This document shows positions 59,759-64,000 of a DNA stretch of 64,000 bases, piece after piece. The notes under the pieces are model-generated. The model ran no database searches, was not told the DNA's origin, and saw only the letters and a program-made list of their open reading frames with translations. Numbering within the stretch: the first letter of the stretch is position 1; every line of letters begins with the position of its first letter. The stretch is from Tagaea sp. (GTDB lineage: Bacteria; Pseudomonadota; Alphaproteobacteria; CACIAM-22H2), in assembly GCA_965279525.1 (NCBI GenBank), contig CBDIIB010000005.1:672001-736000 (forward strand). Reading direction: 5' to 3'. The translations under genes and the position numbers were made by a program.

Positions 59759-60002
59759 CTACGAGGTTCCAATCTTTTTCCATGACTTGACGGATTGTCC
59801 GTCGATAGGTTGCTTCGCTTCATTCACTTGCACTTGCGGTGGGGCATTCGTGACGTGCTGCCGGCATCGTGCGGATGTCGAAGCAACTATTGCTCTCGCG
59901 TGAGTGCCTATAAATCAAAAACATGGATGCAAGCATAGTTCACATATAGAGCGTTTCATTTTTTGAGAGGACGCACGAGCTCTCGCATGTCCACGTGGCC
60001 AG

Positions 60003-60956
60003 TTAGCGGCTGAAATTTGGTTTCAGACCTGCGCGCGGCCACCGCGTCTTCGCGAGCCGTCCGGTGGCACTCAGCGTGACGAAGGCAGTCTGCATATCAG
60101 CACCTCCGAAGCAGAGATTCGTGACGAGAAAATCTGGGTAGGCGAACTGCTCGACGATCTCGCCCGATGGAGAAAAGACTGTGACGCCGCCATCCATGAG
60201 TGTACCGACGCAGATGTTTCCGTTCTCTTCGATCGCAATGGAATCGAGGAGCCGGTAGCCCGGAACGCTTCCCACGAATTTTCCGCCATGCGGCGACGGG
60301 AATGGCTCGCGCTCGATCTCGCCTGGGCCGACGATCTTGAAGCTCCAGACGCGCCCCGTCGCCGTTTCGGCGTAATAAAGGGTCTTCTCGTCAGGCGAGA
60401 GTCCGATGCCGTTTGGATGCGGATGGATGACCGGATGGACGACGCGCCGGATAAAAGATCCATCGGCCTTCGCATAGAACAGCGATCCGTGATCGCGATC
60501 GTTCTCGCGGACCTTGCCCGAGTCCGTGAACCAAAATCCGCCGCTACGATCAAAGACGAGATCGTTCGGCCCGCGAAGCGGCCCTTCGGGACTGCGGTCG
60601 TAGAGGATCTTGACCGCACCGGTCGACAGGTCGACGCGCTCAATGCGCCCGCCCGAGTAGTCGGCAGGCTGGCCGGCAACGGCCCAGCCATAACCCGGGT
60701 GGTTGTGCCACTTGAAGCCGCCGCTGTTGGTTATGTAGCAATGCCCATCAGGACCGAGGGCAGCGCCATTGGGGCTTCCGCCGAGTGTCGCTATCGGCTG
60801 GATGGTGCCCTCTGCGGTCACGCGCGAAAGGCGGCCGGCGGAAATCTCGACAACGATCAGGCTTCCGTCGGAAAGCGCGATCGGTCCTTCCGGGAAGGAC
60901 AGGCCCGATGCGATGACTTCGAATTCGGCCGGGGGCGTGTCGACTGTTTTCTTCAT
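60003..60956 (-). CDS. SMP-30/gluconolactonase family protein
   Basis: FPEGP, PNG, PND, PNGIGLSPDEKTLY, DS, TNLCFGG; ATGA overlap with the upstream gene. Confidence 0.92.
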   Translation of the reverse strand: MKKTVDTPPAEFEVIASGLSFPEGPIALSDGSLIVVEISAGRLSRVTAEGTIQPIATLGGSPNGAALGPDGHCYITNSGGFKWHNHPGYGWAVAGQPADYSGGRIERVDLSTGAVKILYDRSPEGPLRGPNDLVFDRSGGFWFTDSGKVRENDRDHGSLFYAKADGSFIRRVVHPVIHPHPNGIGLSPDEKTLYYAETATGRVWSFKIVGPGEIEREPFPSPHGGKFVGSVPGYRLLDSIAIEENGNICVGTLMDGGVTVFSPSGEIVEQFAYPDFLVTNLCFGGADMQTAFVTLSATGRLAKTRWPRAGLKPNFSR

Positions 60957-62698
60957 CCTGGGACTCCGGTCGATTCGAGTTGGTCGTGCATGGGTGTTCC
61001 GATGGACTCGTTGCTGCCGGCCAGATGCCGGGCGGCGATGTATCCGAACGTCATGGCCGGCCCGATACCGGAACCTCCGCCGATATAGTGCCCGCCCATG
61101 ACATGTGACATGTCGTTCCCGGCTGCATAGAGACCGTCGATCGGCGTCCCATCCCTCTTCAGGACGCGTGCGAACTCGTCGGTCGCCACGCCTTCGAAGG
61201 TTCCGAGCTCGCCCATCTCGATGCGCACCGCATAGAACGGCCCGTTCTCCAGCGGTGCAACGCAAGGGTTGGGCTGGTGATGGGGGTCGCCGGTATATCT
61301 GTTGTAGGCCGAGCTACCGCGGCCATATGCCGTGTCCTTTCCGTCCCGCGCGCCCGAATTGAACGTCTCGACGGTCTGCACGAACGCGTCAGGGTCGATG
61401 CCGGCATTCTGCGCAAGCTCGCGCAGCGTGCGGCCCCGGATCAGATAGCCGGATCGCAGATAGGGGAAGAGCGGTACCGGTGCCGGCTTCGCAAAGCCGA
61501 TCCCGTAACGGCGGATGGCTTTATGGTCTGCGACCAGGAAGCACTTGTGCTCCTGTTTGCCGAACCCTGCCGCGATCAGGCCGCGACCGAACTCGTGATA
61601 TGAATGGCTTTCGTTGGCAAAACGGTGGCCAGAACCAGTAACCGCGATGAAGCCGGGCTTCTGCCGATCGATGAGGTGCGGGAACACGCCCTCACGACCG
61701 CCAGCATAGCGGACTACCGATACGGGCGCCCAGCAGGCCGCATCCGCAAGCTCCGGGACATGGGCGCCCATCCTCTCCGCCATCCGGATGCCGTCCCCGG
61801 TGAGTGCGGCCGGTGCCGGCGAGCGATGCTCTGTTCCCGTAGGTGCGTGCGGGTAGCGCAACTTCCGACGGGCGATGTCGTGGGGAAACCCGCCTGCAGC
61901 CAGCACGACGCCAAGGCGCGCCGAGATATCCTCGTCGCCGGCCGGGCCGCGGCAGCGCACGCCACGTATCCGGCCGTCGTCGTGCAGAAGGTCGGTCACA
62001 TGCGAAGAGGTCCGGACGACGACGCCCGCATCAAGCGACGCCTTGAGCAGATGGGCGATCAGCGCATTCCCACCCGCAAGATCCATCGACCGCCCGTGAC
62101 GGATCTTGTCCAGAAGCAGAAGGAACAGCCTGCGCGTGACGAACGCAAATGATTCGAATGACCGGAATACGTTGAGGAAGTGGCGAAGATCCGAGGCCGG
62201 CCGCATCATCATGCCGAGAAATGTCGTTTCCCGTAGGGGCGGACGAAGTATGTCCAGCTGAACGCCAAGATCCCGTGCATCGAAGGATGCCGGCAACAGC
62301 ATCCGTCCACCGTTCGTACCGCCCGGTTCGTCGGGATAGTAGTCCGGCCTGTCGGCCGCGACGACGAATCGGATTCCGGCTTTCGATTCCAGAAACTCGA
62401 TCATGGCCGGAGCGGCCGAGATGAAGGCCTCGGCCCGTCGGGCATCATGATCCCGGCCGGTAACGGCACGGAAGTACGTGCGCGCGGCGTCGAGCGTGTC
62501 GGCGATGCCCTTACGGTGCGCCACTGTGCTGGCTGGAACCCAGATGCCGCCTCCGGAGATCGCCGTCGTACCGCCGACCTGCCGGTCCTTCTCGAGGACG
62601 AGCACTTCGAGACCGTGAATCCGCGCGACGAGTGCTGCCGTCAACGCGGCCGCCCCGGATCCGACAACCACTACATCAGGGACGGCGTCCCGGGTCAT
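60953..62698 (-). CDS. FAD-dependent oxidoreductase (3-ketosteroid delta1-dehydrogenase-like family)
   Basis: VVGSGAAA, GGTTAISGG, DYYP, GVVLAAGGF, RFANES, GLYAAGND, GPAMTFG; start ATG 62698 overlaps the upstream stop. Confidence 0.9.
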   Translation of the reverse strand: MTRDAVPDVVVVGSGAAALTAALVARIHGLEVLVLEKDRQVGGTTAISGGGIWVPASTVAHRKGIADTLDAARTYFRAVTGRDHDARRAEAFISAAPAMIEFLESKAGIRFVVAADRPDYYPDEPGGTNGGRMLLPASFDARDLGVQLDILRPPLRETTFLGMMMRPASDLRHFLNVFRSFESFAFVTRRLFLLLLDKIRHGRSMDLAGGNALIAHLLKASLDAGVVVRTSSHVTDLLHDDGRIRGVRCRGPAGDEDISARLGVVLAAGGFPHDIARRKLRYPHAPTGTEHRSPAPAALTGDGIRMAERMGAHVPELADAACWAPVSVVRYAGGREGVFPHLIDRQKPGFIAVTGSGHRFANESHSYHEFGRGLIAAGFGKQEHKCFLVADHKAIRRYGIGFAKPAPVPLFPYLRSGYLIRGRTLRELAQNAGIDPDAFVQTVETFNSGARDGKDTAYGRGSSAYNRYTGDPHHQPNPCVAPLENGPFYAVRIEMGELGTFEGVATDEFARVLKRDGTPIDGLYAAGNDMSHVMGGHYIGGGSGIGPAMTFGYIAARHLAGSNESIGTPMHDQLESTGVPG

Positions 62699-64000
62699 AG
62701 CCCGAATTTTCCATGCGCGACCCTCAGCATCGTCAGCACGACCGTGGCCGAAGCGACGGTCATGACCAGCGACAGGGCGGCGATGAGTGGATAGGAGCCG
62801 CTCACATACTGCTCGAGCAGGAAGTAGCCGGCCGTAGGCGTATTGTGACTTGCGAGGATGACGGACGCCGTCAGGTCGCCGACCGCGAACACGAAGACGA
62901 CCACCCATCCGCTGATGATGCCGGGCAGCATCAGCGGTAGCGATATCCGGCGGACCGTACGTGTTCCGCTCGCACCCGACATCAGCGACGCTTCGATCAG
63001 CTCGTCGCGTACCTGCGAGACGGCCGCGCCTGCCGATATCGACGCCTGCGGCAGGTAGATTACGAAATATCCGATCAGCAAGATGAAGATGGTCCCGCCC
63101 AGCCAGATCGGTGGACCAGCGAATGAGACAAGCATCGAGACGGCGATGACGACATGCGGGAAGCCGGCAGGCAGCTTCATGGCAGCATCGAGAATCCGGA
63201 CGATCGAGAACCGCTTGCGTCGAGCCAGCATCGCCTGCAGGACGGCAAGCGCCATGCAGGCCGACGCCGTCACGACGGCAAGCGTAATGCTGTTGATCAT
63301 TGCCTGCTTAGCACCCGTCGTGTTCTGGACGAATATTTCGGCATAGGCGCGCAGCGTGAAGGTGCTGGGGCGGATTGCCGCCGTCCAGAAGCGCTGGAGC
63401 GACACGACAATCAAGCCCACGATCGGGAACACTGTTGCAATGAGAACGAACAGAACAATTATGGCCCGCGCCGGCCAGCGCCAGACTCCCAGCCTGACGA
63501 TGCCGGCGCCCGACCACTTTCCGCCGACGCCCGCATACCGCCCCGAGCGAAGAACCTTCGTCTGGATCAACCAGGCGAGCGCAAGCACGACGAGCATTAA
63601 TCCGCTTAGAACCAGAGCTGGTCCCGTACGCGGGGGATACGAACCGTTCAGCAGCTCGACGATACGCGTCGATAGCATATCGATGCGTGCGGTTCCGCCC
63701 AGCACGGATGGGATCGACACGATTGACATGCCGATGACGAGGATAAGGAATGCACTCGATACGAGTGCGGGCTTGATCATCGGCAGCGTGACGCGCCGTA
63801 ACGTCGATAGGGCCCCGGCGCCCGAAAGGCGTGATGCCTGTTCGAGCGCCGGATCGAGGTTGCGCAACGCGGCCGCGACGATGAGATAGACGAACGGGAT
63901 CAGTTCGAGCGCGTAGAGGCCGATGATCCCATACCAGCTGAAGATATTGAGCGGTCCCTGGCTCGCCCCGATGTCGAAAGCGGCGCGCATGCCAACATTC
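62695..64000 (-). CDS. Iron(III)/FbpB-type ABC transporter permease, 5' part outside the window
   Basis: Two EAA-like loops (LEQASRLSGA, LIEASLMSGAS) in one polypeptide. Confidence 0.88.
   Translation of the reverse strand, partial: NVGMRAAFDIGASQGPLNIFSWYGIIGLYALELIPFVYLIVAAALRNLDPALEQASRLSGAGALSTLRRVTLPMIKPALVSSAFLILVIGMSIVSIPSVLGGTARIDMLSTRIVELLNGSYPPRTGPALVLSGLMLVVLALAWLIQTKVLRSGRYAGVGGKWSGAGIVRLGVWRWPARAIIVLFVLIATVFPIVGLIVVSLQRFWTAAIRPSTFTLRAYAEIFVQNTTGAKQAMINSITLAVVTASACMALAVLQAMLARRKRFSIVRILDAAMKLPAGFPHVVIAVSMLVSFAGPPIWLGGTIFILLIGYFVIYLPQASISAGAAVSQVRDELIEASLMSGASGTRTVRRISLPLMLPGIISGWVVVFVFAVGDLTASVILASHNTPTAGYFLLEQYVSGSYPLIAALSLVMTVASATVVLTMLRVAHGKFGL

Larger units (their letters stand above)
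14414..64000. mobile_element. Putative genomic island or modular accessory region (right end not in the window)
   Basis: Composition shift at about 14.4 kb, nuclease and AAA genes at the edge, repeated junction elements, a duplicated gene tail and functionally unrelated modules. No recombinase visible. Confidence 0.6.

Noticed and set aside
1-64000. tRNA or rRNA genes as integration targets
   Set aside because: None recognised by eye; a tRNAscan/Infernal run would be needed to exclude them.

Overview
High-GC bacterial DNA, probably alphaproteobacterial (inferred from gene content). Bases 1-14400 look like native chromosome: an SMR transporter, a two-component pair, ABC and TRAP transporters, LacI, an MddA-like methyltransferase and an M20 peptidase. 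At about 14414 the sequence becomes visibly less GC-rich, and an accessory region runs to the end of the window. It is a chain of self-contained modules: (1) GIY-YIG nuclease, small 4-Cys protein and a protease-less Lon-type AAA+ ATPase; (2) a complete respiratory nitrate reductase cluster (Crp/Fnr regulator, carbonic anhydrase, narK1K2, narGHJI, PPIase, hemerythrin-like protein, nnrS) with FNR boxes; (3) regulator, TRAP, RidA and aldehyde dehydrogenase; (4) creatininase, amino-acid ABC, GntR, enolase-superfamily enzyme and amidohydrolase; (5) enolase-superfamily enzyme, sugar ABC, GntR and ketopantoate reductase-like enzyme; (6) P450, ferredoxin, reductase, epimerase, IclR, two KstD-like flavoproteins, a UGSC-like fusion and a lactonase. 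The main observation concerns the module junctions. Five carry copies of one roughly 90-bp non-coding element with TGGCCTG...CAGGCCA termini: 14414(+), 17453(-, partial), 31378(-), 37448(+) and 45099(+). The sixth carries a roughly 200-bp duplicate of the AAA gene 3' end. No integrase or transposase is present in the window. All alignments were done by hand and no database searches were run.
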